From positions 130,634,001 through 130,698,000 of the forward strand of contig NC_043001.1 in NCBI RefSeq assembly GCF_006345805.1: 64,000 bases of DNA, read 5' to 3'. Positions within the stretch are counted from its first letter, which is position 1; each line of letters opens with the position of its first letter. Under the pieces are notes generated by a model. That model searched no databases. It worked only from the letters and a program-made list of their open reading frames with translations, and was not told the origin of the DNA. This DNA is from Octopus sinensis. Lineage: Eukaryota. Of the stretch, positions 1 to 13,136 are shown in pieces. The position numbers and the translations under genes were made by a program.

Positions 1-587
1 TAAAATGACTAAAAGCTTATATTTTGCAATCCCGCAGTACATTCAAATAAAGAAATAAATATCTGGATAAAATCCACCCGAAAGAAAAAGATGACAAAAT
101 GTAAGAGAAAAAAGAAAAGGAAAAAATGAAATAGCAAGAAATTCTAACGAAGCCCAATAAAACAAGTTTATTTTTCCTTTCTTTACTTTTATATTTTCGT
201 TTCTGTTTATTTTTTATGCATTTTATTAATGTGTTGAGTGTTATTTTTTAATTTTATTTTGTTTTTTTTTGTTTAACATTTCCATCATCCTTGTTACAAT
301 TTTGTTGTTGTTGTTGTTGTTGTTCATGTCTGTTCTTATTGTTCTCTTCAGAAGCAATATGTTCTGGAGGGATAATTATAAGTATTGTGTTTTCGTACTT
401 TTCTCTACATTTTCTAAACATTAGTCGCAACAATGATAATTGCTTGTCCAACAAATAGTAGATAAAGCGAAAGAGTATTCGCGGATGAGACCTATCAATA
501 TCAGAAAATATATGCATTTATTTATGCATGCATATGTATATATGGGAATTGGTTTATATGAATGATTCCCATGATAACCCAAGAAAC

Positions 588-619
<32 letters not shown>

Positions 620-1836
620 ATAAATGTGTGGATGTGTATATATATTTATACATATATATATATATATATTATATATATATATATTTATATATGTGTATAT
701 ATATATATGTATATAAATGTGTATATGTATATATATTTATAAAGAATATATATATATATGTTATGTACGTGTGAGTGTCTGTATGTGTCTATATCTATAT
801 ATGTATGTGTGTATGTATGTATATTGACATGGACATTAATTTGTGGATGTGGAAGTGAAAAGCTGTGTATTTTTACATCCATATCTAACCCTGAATACAC
901 CATCAAAAATATTTCTGGTTCATGTCGAGTTCATATTACCTGATTCGTTCATCTATATACATGCATTTCATAGATTTCAATCTATAATGATATTGGTTGG
1001 GAATCGGTAAATATCTCCTATCCATATATAATAACGATGTGAATGCTGACCGTGAAGATATATATAAGTGTACATGTGCATTCACACATAAATACATTTA
1101 TGCTAACATGAATAGATAGAGACATATTAATACAACTTATCATGGGCCAGATCAACATTTATAGAGAGCAACTATAAAGGGAAGTAATTGCAACAGCAAT
1201 ACACAAGTGTATATACAAATATGTGTTTGTGTTTGTGTGTATATGTCCATGTATATATGTATGTGTGTCTAGCTCTGTGTATGAGTATGTGTGTGTGTAC
1301 GTATGTGACTATCTTCATCTAAGTGTGTTTTGAGCTTATTACATCAATGAGAGTGTGTGTTTTCAGACGCAAATGAGTAAATAAGTTTTGTATATATGGG
1401 AATAAATATTTATAGGTAGTTAGAATTGTAGGCAATGGGATATCACAGCTGAAACATCATACATACAGTATCAACAAAACTAGACTCAATTCATGGATGA
1501 TATATTAAGCAGAAATAGACATTAATCCATTCAGATTATTCTCATGATAACCATTGGCTTCTAGCCACCACTACTACCATCACAACCATGTACATAAATA
1601 CATAAATACATAAATACATATAGATATATATATACACTCACTCACATACACATACACAATCATAGAAGTACATACATAATTGCAACAGCACACTCATGCA
1701 AACACTATTTCGCCTATATTCTGACATTCTCATCACCATTCCGACTATTCACTGAATTGCTATAAAATATATACATAATGATCAATACATATGGCATATA
1801 TATATATATATATATATCATAAATGTATATGCACAT

Positions 1837-1887
<51 letters not shown>

Positions 1888-1903
1888 TATACATACATTT
1901 GTA

Positions 1904-1940
<37 letters not shown>

Positions 1941-1981
1941 GAATATACAAACATATGTACCTATATATATATATATATAAT

Positions 1982-2023
<42 letters not shown>

Positions 2024-2584
2024 ATTATAAATACAGACATATAACTTTTATATATATATATGCATATATATATATACATATATATATAAAAACACACATA
2101 TAACTATATATATATATATATATATATATGTTTTGCATGAATGTTATATATACATATATGTATGTGTGCATGTGTTATACAAATATGTTACATTCATACT
2201 TGCACATAAGTAAAGAAATGCTATTACAATTATATGGAGATATGTTTGTATGCTATGCTTATATTTTCATGTTTAAACACATTAATATACATACATTTGT
2301 GGGTATTTAAGTATGTAAACATATAAGAATTATGTAGATAAAGATATGTAAGCTTTTATCTGCTGCTGCCGCTGCCACCTTCGGTAACATCGCTGATGCT
2401 ACCACCACTGCCGCAATCCTTGAAACTCACTCCACTACCTCAATATATATCACTCTGTGAATCAGTTGGCGGATTGTGGGGGGTGGGGGTTAAGATCTAT
2501 GCCTAAGTGATGATAGTTATCTAACTTATCAAATATTTTTCAGAATCTGAAAGTCCTACTGTGCACCATCTTCCAGGCAATCGA

Positions 2585-2702
2585 TAACAACAACAACAAT
2601 AATAATAATAATAATAATAATGATAATAATAATGATAATAATGATGATAATGATAATAATAATGATGATAATAATATAATAATAATAATGATGATGATGA
2701 TG

Positions 2703-2733
<31 letters not shown>

Positions 2734-2779
2734 TAATAATGATAATAATACTAATAATAATAATGATAATGATAATAAT

Positions 2780-2823
<44 letters not shown>

Positions 2824-2867
2824 TAATAATACCAATAATAATAATGATGATAATGATAATAATAATG

Positions 2868-2898
<31 letters not shown>

Positions 2899-2996
2899 TA
2901 ATAATAATAATGATAATAATGATAATAATGATAATAATACTACTAATAATAATGATGATAATGATAATAATAATAATGATAATAATAATAATAATG

Positions 2997-3042
<46 letters not shown>

Positions 3043-3068
3043 TAATAAAATAATAATGATAATTATAA

Positions 3069-3124
<56 letters not shown>

Positions 3125-3162
3125 TTAATAAGGATAACAATAATAATGATAATAATAATAAA
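2585..3162. repeat. (AAT/GAT)n microsatellite
   Basis: About 580 bp of AAT with interspersed GAT; source of the poly-I/M ORF. Confidence 0.97.
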
Positions 3163-3442
3163 TCGTAAACACGATTTACAAATATGGTGAGGGAAAAAAA
3201 ATTAAAAATAGAGTGAAGATGTAATGTTTGGCTGGTAGGAGTTGGCTAGATGGGGTTGTTGGGGGTTTTGGTTGGAAGAATTACATGAAAGGCCAAAACC
3301 TTTTTGGTACTGTCTGTTTCAAGTGCCAGTAAATAGACCGATTATATCGGATTGTATCTCATGCTGAGTAAGCAGTGGTTGCAATGGCGGTGATGTGGGA
3401 GGGGTGGGGGCATTTTTTTAATTTACCTACATTTTAATTAAT

Positions 3443-3448
3443 TTATTC

Positions 3449-3496
<48 letters not shown>

Positions 3497-3546
3497 GATT
3501 ATTATTATGATTATTATTATTATTGTTATCATTATTTTTATTATTA

Positions 3547-3577
<31 letters not shown>

Positions 3578-3584
3578 CATCATC

Positions 3585-3616
<32 letters not shown>

Positions 3617-3650
3617 TATGATTATTATTATTATTATTATGATTATTATG

Positions 3651-3698
<48 letters not shown>
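3443..3698. repeat. (ATT)n microsatellite
   Basis: Direct tandem ATT/ATC repeats. Confidence 0.97.
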
Positions 3699-3699
<1 letters not shown>

Positions 3700-3974
3700 C
3701 TACCACTACTATTAGATTCTTTATCGTTGTTGTCATGATTGTCATCCTCTTTGTTTTATCAGCGTTCACTTTTCCAAGCGTGCATGAGTCAGGTGGAATC
3801 TGTCAAGGTGAATATTCTACAGTTGGATGCCCTTCCTGTCACCAAACCTCACTTGTTTGTAAGAAAGGTAATAGTCGCTTCCTATAACCGAGCATGTTTG
3901 CATGAAATATTTGGAAACTAATGCAACCACTTGCAGCATAATGGGGACACGCATTTATGCAGAGGAATCTGAAC

Positions 3975-4342
3975 TCAAAACATAAAGACAAAGTTCAAAT
4001 TCTTTCAAGGTTGACTTTACCTTTACTCCTCTTGGGGGTGAATGAAATAAGTACCAGTTTTGTACTGGGGTTGATGTAATCCACTAGCCCCCACCTTCAA
4101 GACGTCAGGCCTTGTGCCTATAGTAAAAAGGATTATTCAGCAGAATCTTTATCATGCCAGGCAAAATACTTTGTGGCACTTCATCTGCCTTCATGTTCCG
4201 AGTTCAAATTCCACCAAGGTCGATTTTGCCTTTCATCCTTTTGGGGGTCGATAAATTAAGTACCAGTTGAGAACTGGGATCAATGTAATTGACTATCTCC
4301 TCCTCAAAAATTTCAGGCCTTGTGCCTATAGTAGAAAGGATA
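3975..4342 (+). mobile_element. Two head-to-tail diverged copies of SINE family B (Meta-domain-like tRNA-SINE)
   Basis: The motif GTTCAAAT...GCCTTTCATCCTTT-GGGGTCGATAAATTAAGTACCAG, with an aggccttgtgcctatagta tail, occurs twice (first copy more diverged). Confidence 0.8.
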
Positions 4343-4393
4343 ATAATAATAATAATAATAATTATAATAATAATAATAATAATAATAATAATT

Positions 4394-4720
4394 ACAATAC
4401 CAGTGATCGTAGGAGCATTAGGAATGATCAAGAAGGGAACCGAAAATTATATGAGAATGATCCCTGGCTTACCATCCCTGCAAGAAGTGCAAAAGATTGT
4501 CTTAACTGGTACATCACACGTATTGAGAAGAGCATTGTCGATGTGAGAACTGTTGCTGCTCATGTATTTTAATTTAACTTTAAAAAAAAAAAAAAAAAAT
4601 GAACGAACTACTGAGTTTGGTTTAATGGCCTACCAATGTATGCTATGAGTTTCTTTGCCCTAGGAGTCGGGAAGACACTCGGCAAGAAATGGAAGCAAAT
4701 TTGAAAGAAGAAAAAAAAAA

Positions 4721-4722
<2 letters not shown>
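4394..4722 (+). mobile_element. 3' end of an R4/Dong-clade (RLE) non-LTR retrotransposon, 5'-truncated, inserted in (AAT)n
   Basis: Peptide TIPVIVGALGMIKKGTENYMRMIPGLPSLQEVQKIVLTGTSHVLRRALSM* is typical of the R4/Dong C-terminus. It is followed by a 3' UTR and an A-rich end, with TAA repeats on both sides (the known Dong target). Confidence 0.8.
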
Positions 4723-4764
<42 letters not shown>

Positions 4765-4791
4765 TATTATATTATTATTATTATTATTATT

Positions 4792-4827
<36 letters not shown>

Positions 4828-4914
4828 ATTCAGTGGCAAGCCGGCAGAATTGTTAGCACACTGGAGAAAAAGCTTAGTGGCACTTGTTCTGGTTTTACAT
4901 ACTGAGTTCATCCT

Positions 4915-6000
4915 ACAAACACTCACTCAGTGGTGGTCTTGGGATATTGTCTCTGATGATGTGCAGGAATGTACTGAAGATGACATAAATGTAGAAATAT
5001 CTGAACCACTGTGATGGTGATGAGGAGAATGAAAAGAAGTTCACGCAAGTGTGGGCTTCATTTGAGCAAATCAGTTGACTGTAACCCATCTTGTTGATTG
5101 AGCTGCAAGCCTAGGGTCAAATGCTGATTAGGGTTAGGCCTTAGGTATTTAGAGTGCTGCTAAGCTCTCCTTGGCATGGTAGTGCTACAGGTGGGGATAG
5201 CATTACCTGGTTGAGAAAAGCACTACAGGAATGAATGTGCCAATGATTGAACCTGTCAAAGATGCATGCAAGTGAACAAAAGCATATTACATGCTACATT
5301 CAGAGTCTATATATAAAGCTGTGGGATTGTGCTGAGTAGCTGCTGTCATGTGTCAGATGAATCGAACTGTCTGCTTAGCCTAGAGTGAAAACTGATTACT
5401 GCCTTCCTCTGGTTGAAAAGAAAGGTCAGTCTTCCATTTTTGGGGTCATAGTAGGGAAAGGAGGCTGTGCGGTGGATTCATCGGAAAGGTTTGAAGACAG
5501 ATATTTTCTTATCTGGCCAGTGATGAGACAGTTCAAACTGTTGTTTTTGATACTACTGCATGAAAGAAATCTAGAAGAAATCTAAAGGCGGTGAGCTGGC
5601 AGAAACATTAGCAGGCTAGGCGAAATGCTTAGCGGTATTTTGTCTGCCGTTACGTCCTGAGTTCAAATTCTGCTGAGGTCGACTTTGCCTTTCATCCTTT
5701 CAGGGTCGATAAATTAAATACCAGTTATGCACTGGGGTCGATGTAATTGACTTAATCCCTTTGTTTGTCCTTATTTGTCCCTTCTATGTTTAGCCCCTTG
5801 TGGGCAATACAGAAATAAGAAATCTAGAAGAGCTGTTTTCTGCCAAAGGTATTATCCAGAGAGTAGAGTACTGTAAGTGCCTGGCAACATTTGAGATCTC
5901 AACAAATTCTTCAAGAGGAAAGTGAAAGTAGAGTGGGAAGTGCTGCCTTCTAATATGTTTATTAAAAGGTTACAACAAATACCTGTAAAATTTTTCATCA
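4915..6000 (-). mobile_element. Highly degenerate LINE RT remnant, interrupted by a SINE
   Basis: Higher-complexity, higher-GC sequence; the minus-strand translation gives only faint, frameshifted RT-like fragments. Confidence 0.35.
5585..5816 (+). mobile_element. SINE family B, full length
   Basis: Head AAGGCGGTGAGCTGGCAGAA (A box), GAGTTCAAATTC (B box), central CCTTTCATCCTTTCAGGGTCGATAAA; TSD aagaaatcta at 5575-5584 and 5817-5826. Confidence 0.92.
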
Positions 6001-6067
6001 AATAGCACACTGTTAGCTTAGAATGTGTCTGTGTGTTTTGCATGTGCATGCATGTATGCAATGTCTG

Positions 6068-6143
<76 letters not shown>

Positions 6144-6187
6144 CACACACACACACACACATATATATATATGCATATATATCATTA

Positions 6188-6700
6188 TCATCATCATCGT
6201 TTAACATCCACTTTCTATGGTAGCATGGGTTAGACAATTTGACTGAGGACTGGCAAACCAGATGGCTGCACCAGGCTCCAATCTTGATCTGGCAGAGTTT
6301 CTACAGCTGGATGTCCTTCCTAACGCCAACCACTCCAGGAGTGTAGTGGGTGCTTTTACGTACCACCGGCCTGAGGGCCAGTCAGGTGGTACTGGCAACG
6401 GTCATGCTCAAATGTTTTTTATGTGCCACCTGCAAGGGAGCCAATCCAGCGTCACTGGCAATGACCTCGCTTGAATGTTTTTTTTACATGCCACCAGCAC
6501 AGGTGCCAGTAAGGCAATGCTGGTAACTGTACAGATGCCAGTCATCAAATTTGATTTCGAATTTTGATTTCACTTGCCTCAACAGGTCCTCACAAGCAGA
6601 ATTTAGTGTCCAATGAAGGAAAGGTATGCATAAGTGGGCTGGTTACACCCCTGGCATAAGCTACGAGGTTGTGGTCTCATTTGGCTTGCTGGGTTTTCTC
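6188..6700 (-). mobile_element. Non-autonomous repeat with RTE-type 3' tail
   Basis: Minus strand ends ...aacccatgctaccatagaaagtggatgttaaacgatgatgatg. Related copies lie at ~16090-16275, ~50840-51025, ~51655-51900 and ~60527-60830. Confidence 0.7.
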
Positions 6701-6986
6701 TATAATATATATATATATTTAAGTGTGTTTGAAGGGACATATTATCCTGGTGGATACTATATTAAACCTACTTTAGTTAATTATTTTCCTTTTTTAGTTT
6801 GTCCATTTTTAAGTTTGTTTTTTGCTTTATTTTTGTGGATATTATATAATGGTTATTTTTTTTGTTGGGATGGGTGGGATAAGGATGATGATATTTTTGT
6901 GTATTTCTAGAATTGGGTTATAGTGGGGAAAAGAGGCTGTGTGGTTAAGTTTCACTTAAGAGTTAATACGAATGACCAAATGGACA

Positions 6987-7070
6987 GACCTTGATGAAGC
7001 TGCACTGACAATATTGCAACGTTGCCTTTGCAACAGTGAGTAGTTACTGCAGCAGAAACATGTGTAGGTC
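6987..7070 (+). ncRNA. Minimal type-I hammerhead ribozyme motif (C3U variant) in a PLE-derived remnant
   Basis: GACC-TTGATGA-A-GCTGCA...TGCAGC-A-GAAAC-ATGT-GTA-GGTC. Stem I GACC/GGTC, stem II GCTGCA/TGCAGC, palindromic stem III, GUA triplet. Confidence 0.65.
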
Positions 7071-7146
7071 ATTTTAATATGCTGTATATAACTATAAAAT
7101 ATATTTTGAGGATGTACAAGCATCCATACTCTTTATTATTCATATA

Positions 7147-7538
7147 GGCGCAGGAGTGGCTGTGTGGTAAGTAGCTTGCTAACCAGCCACATGGTTGCGG
7201 GTTCAGTCCCACTGCGTGGCATCTTGGGCAAGCGTCTTCTGCTATAGCCCCGGGCCGACCAATGCCTTGTGAGTGGATTTGGTAGACGGAAACTGAAAGA
7301 AGCCTGTCGTATATATGTATATATATATATATATGTGTGTTTGTGTGTCACCCTAGCATTGCTTGACAACCGATGCTGGTGTGTTTACATCCCCGTCACT
7401 TAGCGGTTCAGCAAAAGAGACCAATAGAATAAGTACTGGGCTTACAAAGAATAAGTCCCGGGGTCGATTTGCTCGACTAAAGACAGTGCTCCAGCATGGC
7501 CACAGTCAAATGACTGAAACAAGTAAAAGAGTAAAAGA
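7147..7538 (+). mobile_element. SINE family A (tRNA-derived, internal (TA)n/(TG)n linker, GTAAAAGA tail), full length
   Basis: GGCGCAGGAGTGGCTGTGTGG (A box) ... GGTTCAGTCCC (B box) ... CAGTCAAATGACTGAAACAAGTAAAAGAGTAAAAGA; many copies in the window. Confidence 0.93.
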
Positions 7539-7865
7539 GAGTGTGTGTGTGTCTGTCAGTGAGTATACACAACCCACACAATTTGTAATGCCCAATTATT
7601 CATATGCAGGCTACCACTGATTTCATGTGAGAAGTAGTCCCTGTTTAGCACTTGTGGTTATCCATCATCCTAGTCTTTCTAGATAAACATTTTATGGCTC
7701 AAAACACCATTATAATAACCCTTTCGACTGAAGTACCATGATATGAAAATGTCTGGAATAGGGTCTACTTTCATGAAACCAGTGACAACCTACATATAAA
7801 TAAGTGTTATACTCATTATAAGTAAATGCTTCACTATTCAACTAAACTGAGATCTCTCAATACCA

Positions 7866-8092
7866 ATTTCTCTACTACCCACAAGGGGCTAAACACAGAG
7901 AGGACAAACAAGGACAAACGGATTAAGTCGATAGTATCGACCCCAGTGCGTAACTGGTACTTATTTAATCGACCCCGAAAGGATGAAAGGCAAAGTCGAC
8001 CTCAGCAGAATTTGAACTCAGAATGTAACGGCAGACGAAATACGGCTACGCATTTCGCCCGGCGTGCTAACATTTCTGCCAGCTCGCTGCCT
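7866..8092 (-). mobile_element. SINE family B
   Basis: Reverse complement of the 5585-5816 element. Confidence 0.92.
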
Positions 8093-8490
8093 CAATATTT
8101 GCTGATGCACACACTCACACACATGCACAAACACACACACATACATACACACATAAACATGCAAACACACACACCAAGTTGATTCGTCATTAGAATAAAT
8201 TTGACTGTACTCTCAGTATAGATTGTCCACATAATCGAATGTTTCAATGCTGTTCTTAAGACTGAATTCAAATGCCAGTTTCAAATTTGAGGCAGCAAAA
8301 TTTTTTAGGGGAGGTTAAGTCCATAACGTAGACTCCAATTTATTGACTTCCTCCCCCCACACCTCCCTCCAAAATGATGAAAGGCAAAGCTGACCTCAGG
8401 AACATTTGAGCTCAGAACAAAAGGAACAGAAGAAGTGCTGCTAAGCGTTTTGTCTGGTATGGTAACAGTTCTACCATCGCACTACCTTAA

Positions 8491-8710
8491 CCCTTTCATT
8501 ACTGAATTTATTTTGAGATGCTCTGTGTTTCTTTCAATTACTTTAAATATAACAAAGAATTTAGTAAAATAAATTAGTTATCATTAAGCTAGTGTTAGAA
8601 ACATAAATTGTGACTAAGGTTTGGTGGAAGATTTTAATTCAAGACTTATGAAAACAAGGCATTTGCATTTAGAACTAGAGCCGGTTTCAGCCGGGTTGGT
8701 AACGAAAGGG
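8491..8710. mobile_element. piggyBac-type MITE
   Basis: TTAA (8487-8490), then CCCTTTCATTAC ... GTAACGAAAGGG, then TTAA (8711-8714): TTAA TSD and CCC..GGG terminal inverted repeats. Confidence 0.88.
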
Positions 8711-9350
8711 TTAAATAGCATTAAAATAATGGTTTCAAATTGTGGCACAAGGCCAGCAATTTTAAGAGAGCGGGTAAGTCAATTCATCAACCCCCAGTGC
8801 TGAAATGGCATTTATTTTATTGACCCCCAAAAGGATGAAAGGCAAAGTGAATATCAGTGGAATTTGAACCCTGAATGTGAAAACAGATGAAATATGTAGT
8901 GGCATTTTGTCCACTGTGCTAATGGTTTTGCCAGCATGCTGCCTTAAATAGCATTAAAATAATAATCTTACTATAACACACATATATGTGAAGCAGTGTG
9001 TGTGTATGTATGTGTATGTGTGTGTGTCTGTGTGTGCGCACATGTGTATGAGTAAAAGTTATTCTTAAGAGAAAGTAAAACTGATAAAATGGTGCATTTG
9101 AGAAAACAAAAATAATTTCTAGTATACATTCTGCCTGGATTTCACAGGACATTCCCTTGTCATGTTTGCCATCGGAAATTCAGTGAACCAGTGATTGGCT
9201 CATTTGAAACATATAATGAGTATCGTCATTATTCACAATGATGTACAGAAGAAAAACAAAAAACAAAAATAAAAACACATTAAACACGTTACCTATTCTA
9301 TAAAGCAAACAGACTGGACATGGAAGTAACACCAGAAACAACAAAACAAA

Positions 9351-9423
9351 TGTTACAAAGGAAATAAAGTAGATATGACACACAAAGATGTAACATTATC
9401 TACTTTGCTTTTGCCTTCCAACA
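9351..9423 (-). ncRNA. Candidate pre-miRNA-like hairpin
   Basis: Minus strand TGTTGGAAGGCAAAAGCAAAGTAGATAATGTTACA-TCTTTG-TGTGTCATATCTACTTTATTTCCTTTGTAACA folds by eye into a ~30-bp stem. It lies in non-repetitive sequence; I recognise no known miRNA family. Confidence 0.3.
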
Positions 9424-10194
9424 ATACTGCTTAGACATACCACACTCCAGTGGTGTGCTAGCTTTTATGAATCTACTGAAAAACAGATGATAATAACGTT
9501 ACTTTTCATCATCCTAATTGTCACTACTGTACACATATTTTCCACTTAGTTGTTTAATGGAGTTTATAGTATTTATATAGTAATAGGGCTACCATTTGAT
9601 GTGCAACCCACTCTGGCTTCATTGCATAATCAGAAGAACCGTCTTAATCCAATATTTACCAAAAGGTTAAATGAAAATGAAAGTAAACTCATGAAAGTTG
9701 TCTCTCCGTGAGGGTCTGTGTTTGAATGTACTTTGTCCACTACTAACTATTGTAACCACAGATACCTGAAAAAAAAAGCAAGCTCTCTATGAAATACGTG
9801 GACAAACACATAGACACGGGTGTATCCATGTATTTCATTGCATGCATGGTCAGTAATTTGAAGGTATTTTCTCAGTATTAACTGCTATAGTCACTAATGT
9901 GCAAAATATTAAATACATTCTGTTGCTATATGTTTAAATATCTATATGTCAGTGTATTTCTTCATATAGGTGTGGTCAATTTGTATTGTGAATTGAAATA
10001 TTTGTGTCCATATGCATATACATGTGTGTATGTATGTGTATGCACACACACACATATATATATATATGGAGAGAAAGCAATAAATAGATGTATACATATT
10101 CTTATACATACACAAATATTCACACATATTCATTCATTCATTATAATATGATTTTCACCTTGTTTTAAATGGAGTCATAGTTCACGATACCCTT

Positions 10195-10445
10195 CTCCCC
10201 AAACTGCGGAACTGGTCTTAACTAGACTGAAGATTCAGAATTCCATTTTGAACAAGGATAAAGTTTCAAAATAAAGAATGCTTTTACTTGTCCATTAGAA
10301 AACTTAATTTATTGCTTGTTCAGAATGTGAACAGAATTATGTAGAACAAACAGGAATGACATTATATAAAGAGCAAATATGAGTTCCCAGCTACAGAAAA
10401 TATCTCTCATTGAACATATAAATATATGTGCCAATAAACATCAAC
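10195..10445 (+). mobile_element. Degenerate Penelope-like GIY-YIG endonuclease remnant
   Basis: Frameshifted translation PNCGT...FKIKNAFTCPLENLIYCL..CEQNYVEQTGMTL resembles the PLE 'FTC..NLIY.I.C...YIGQT' signature. Confidence 0.7.
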
Positions 10446-10490
10446 AAGATTTTAAATTATATATAATTATATATATATATATATATAATA

Positions 10491-10730
10491 AGTTCAGCAA
10501 AAATTTAGATTCAAATGAATATGGTACTTAATTTAGATGCACCAGAATTCTGTATGGTGTTATCCATAAAAATCGTGGGGTGATTATAATCAATATATAT
10601 ATATATATATAATATATATATATATATATAAGTTCAGCAAAAATTTAGATTCAAATGAATATGGTACTTAATTTAGATGCACCAGAATTCTGTATGGTGT
10701 TATCCATAAAAATCGTGGGGTGATTATAAT

Positions 10731-10734
<4 letters not shown>
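10491..10734 (-). repeat. Two tandem copies (period 140 bp) of a ~104-bp PLE-terminus-like repeat embedded in (TA)n
   Basis: agttcagcaaaaatttagattc...gattataatcaat at 10491 and 10631; the same family occurs at ~20938-21055 and, inverted, at ~33815-33957. Confidence 0.85.
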
Positions 10735-10775
<41 letters not shown>

Positions 10776-11876
10776 TATTAGACATGGGCAATTCTTTCTT
10801 GTCTTGGGATTCACAGTCAAATGGCTGGGTGGAATTGTGCGAAAAGCTACACAGATGTGTAAAATGATCCAGTGATGATGTTGGGCTTTGTATTTTTTCA
10901 TAGCTCCCATGGTTACCGAGATAATCTACTATAATAATACTCTTGTGTTTGTGAATGAGAAAGGAAGGGGTGATAGATGAATAAGGAAGGATGTCATGTT
11001 TTTCATAGCTCCCATGGTTACCGAGATAATCTACTATAATAATACTCTTGTGTTCATAAATGAGAAAGGAAGGGGTGATATCATACTTGGTAGTGGGATG
11101 ATGAAAATTGTACGCTGAAAAAATAAATCAAACGGCGTTTCAACTCTGTGTGAATATATGTGTGTGTATGTAAAAGGGGGTATGTGAATGTGTGTGTGTG
11201 TGTGTGTGTGTTCATGAGTGATTATGCACACAGAATGGAAGTGGGATAGTTCATCTTCACTCGTTTAGTATTTGGGTTTATTTTTTGATTTGGATGAATC
11301 TTGGTTGGTGTTTTTTGTTGGTCAGTTATTTTGAGTGTTTTGACAGGGAAAGTCATTCTAAAATTGTTTTTTAACGTAAGCATGCCCAAAAAAGTGAATG
11401 CTTATGCAGAGCAGGTTTTACAGCCACATCATCCAAACTGAGCAGATGAAACCAAGCTTAGCTGCTAGTAGATATATATATATATATATATATATAATTA
11501 TATATCATAGAATTAGCATTCGCTTATCTCAACTTTCTCACGGAAACCCTAGGAACCTTTTGTGGAACCCTGGTTGAGAAACGCTGATGTAGAGGAAGAA
11601 TATCTAAACAAGAACAGTTAACTAAGGAGACTGTATTGATAGAAAAGCACCAACTGTATTTAACTAAGCACAATTGATTAATTTTCATTGCATTTAAATT
11701 TATTAATATTATTAATAGAAGAAAATCAATGATCCACTTATCTCCCCAGTAATTGTCAATAGCAATCATTCATTACCTATCATGTTATCATAAACATCTA
11801 TTAAGAAAGTAAACATTACGAACATCATTAATTACTAAATCATAACTAACTTTAAAAAGTGAAACCGGTTGTTGAC

Positions 11877-11907
<31 letters not shown>

Positions 11908-11908
<1 letters not shown>

Positions 11909-12372
11909 TTTGTACAGTGCTCAGGTGCACTACAACTCATCTAAAGTGTATATATAATCAGGTGTAGTTTCGGCGGATTTCGGAAAGCATGAGGGCCTTA
12001 AAGGATGCAGTGTCATGGCAGTCAACAACTGACGCAGGCAGTTTATTCCATGCTTCAGCAACTCTGAGCGTGAAAAAATGTTTCTGAAAGTCATGGGAGT
12101 TGTGTTGTTTTCTGACTTTGTAGGCATGTCCATGTGTGTTAGACACATGGAGATCAAAAAGGTGTTCAGTGTTGTTGTTGGTGAGGTGGTTGATAACTTT
12201 GTGGGTGTTTACCAAGTCCGTCGCCAGACGCCGGAGCTTCAGTGAATCCATGCCCAGGGAAACAAGGCGCTCAGAATATGGTAGGTGTCTGATGGAGGGT
12301 ATGCGTTTGGTTGCACGTCTCTGGACAGATTCCAGGAGGTCAATGTTCTGAGCAAGATAGACATTACATTTC
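11908..12372 (-). mobile_element. CR1-type LINE 3' fragment (RT C-terminus, 3' UTR, (ATT)n tail)
   Basis: ORF LLESVQRRATKRIPSIRHLPYSERL...LKLRRL..DL...KHFFTLRVAEAWNKLPASVV is a classic CR1 RT tail. Confidence 0.92.
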
Positions 12373-13003
12373 ATACAAGTAGTTTTATCATAAACATTTC
12401 AGTGTATTTTTCTTAACTACTTTCATTGCCATTTACTAAAGGGAAAACTTCTTGACTAATTTACTGTATATGTCAGTCTGTATGTATTTGTATGTTTGTG
12501 TGTGTGTGTGGTGTGTGCAAAGGCTTGACATTCTTCTACAACCCTGGGCTGACCAGAATATTTTGTAAATGGAACTAAAAGTGTGTGTTGCATATGTGTG
12601 TGTGTACATGTATTCATTTATATGTAAGCATGTATGTATGTTTCTGTTGCATCATCTTGACATAGTGTGGAAATTATAAATACACATCACCATCAAAAAG
12701 AGTGAAGGATAAAATGATGATGAATATGGTGACAATGACACACACACATATACACACACATAAATACTATATAATCTTAGCTCACCCAACCCACTTCTTA
12801 TTCACCAGCTATTACAAATAACACCCACCCTACTCAATCTCTACAGTTGTCACCTACTCTTCCCTATCACTGCTACTGCTGCTGGTGATATATATATGTG
12901 TGTGTGTATGTATGTATGTATGTGTAAGATATATATATATGTGTGTATGTATGTGTGTGTAAGATATATATATGTGTGTATATATGTGTGTGTAAGATAT
13001 ATA

Positions 13004-13040
<37 letters not shown>

Positions 13041-13090
13041 GTACACATACATATACATATATATATGTATAGCCATATACACATATATAA

Positions 13091-13136
<46 letters not shown>

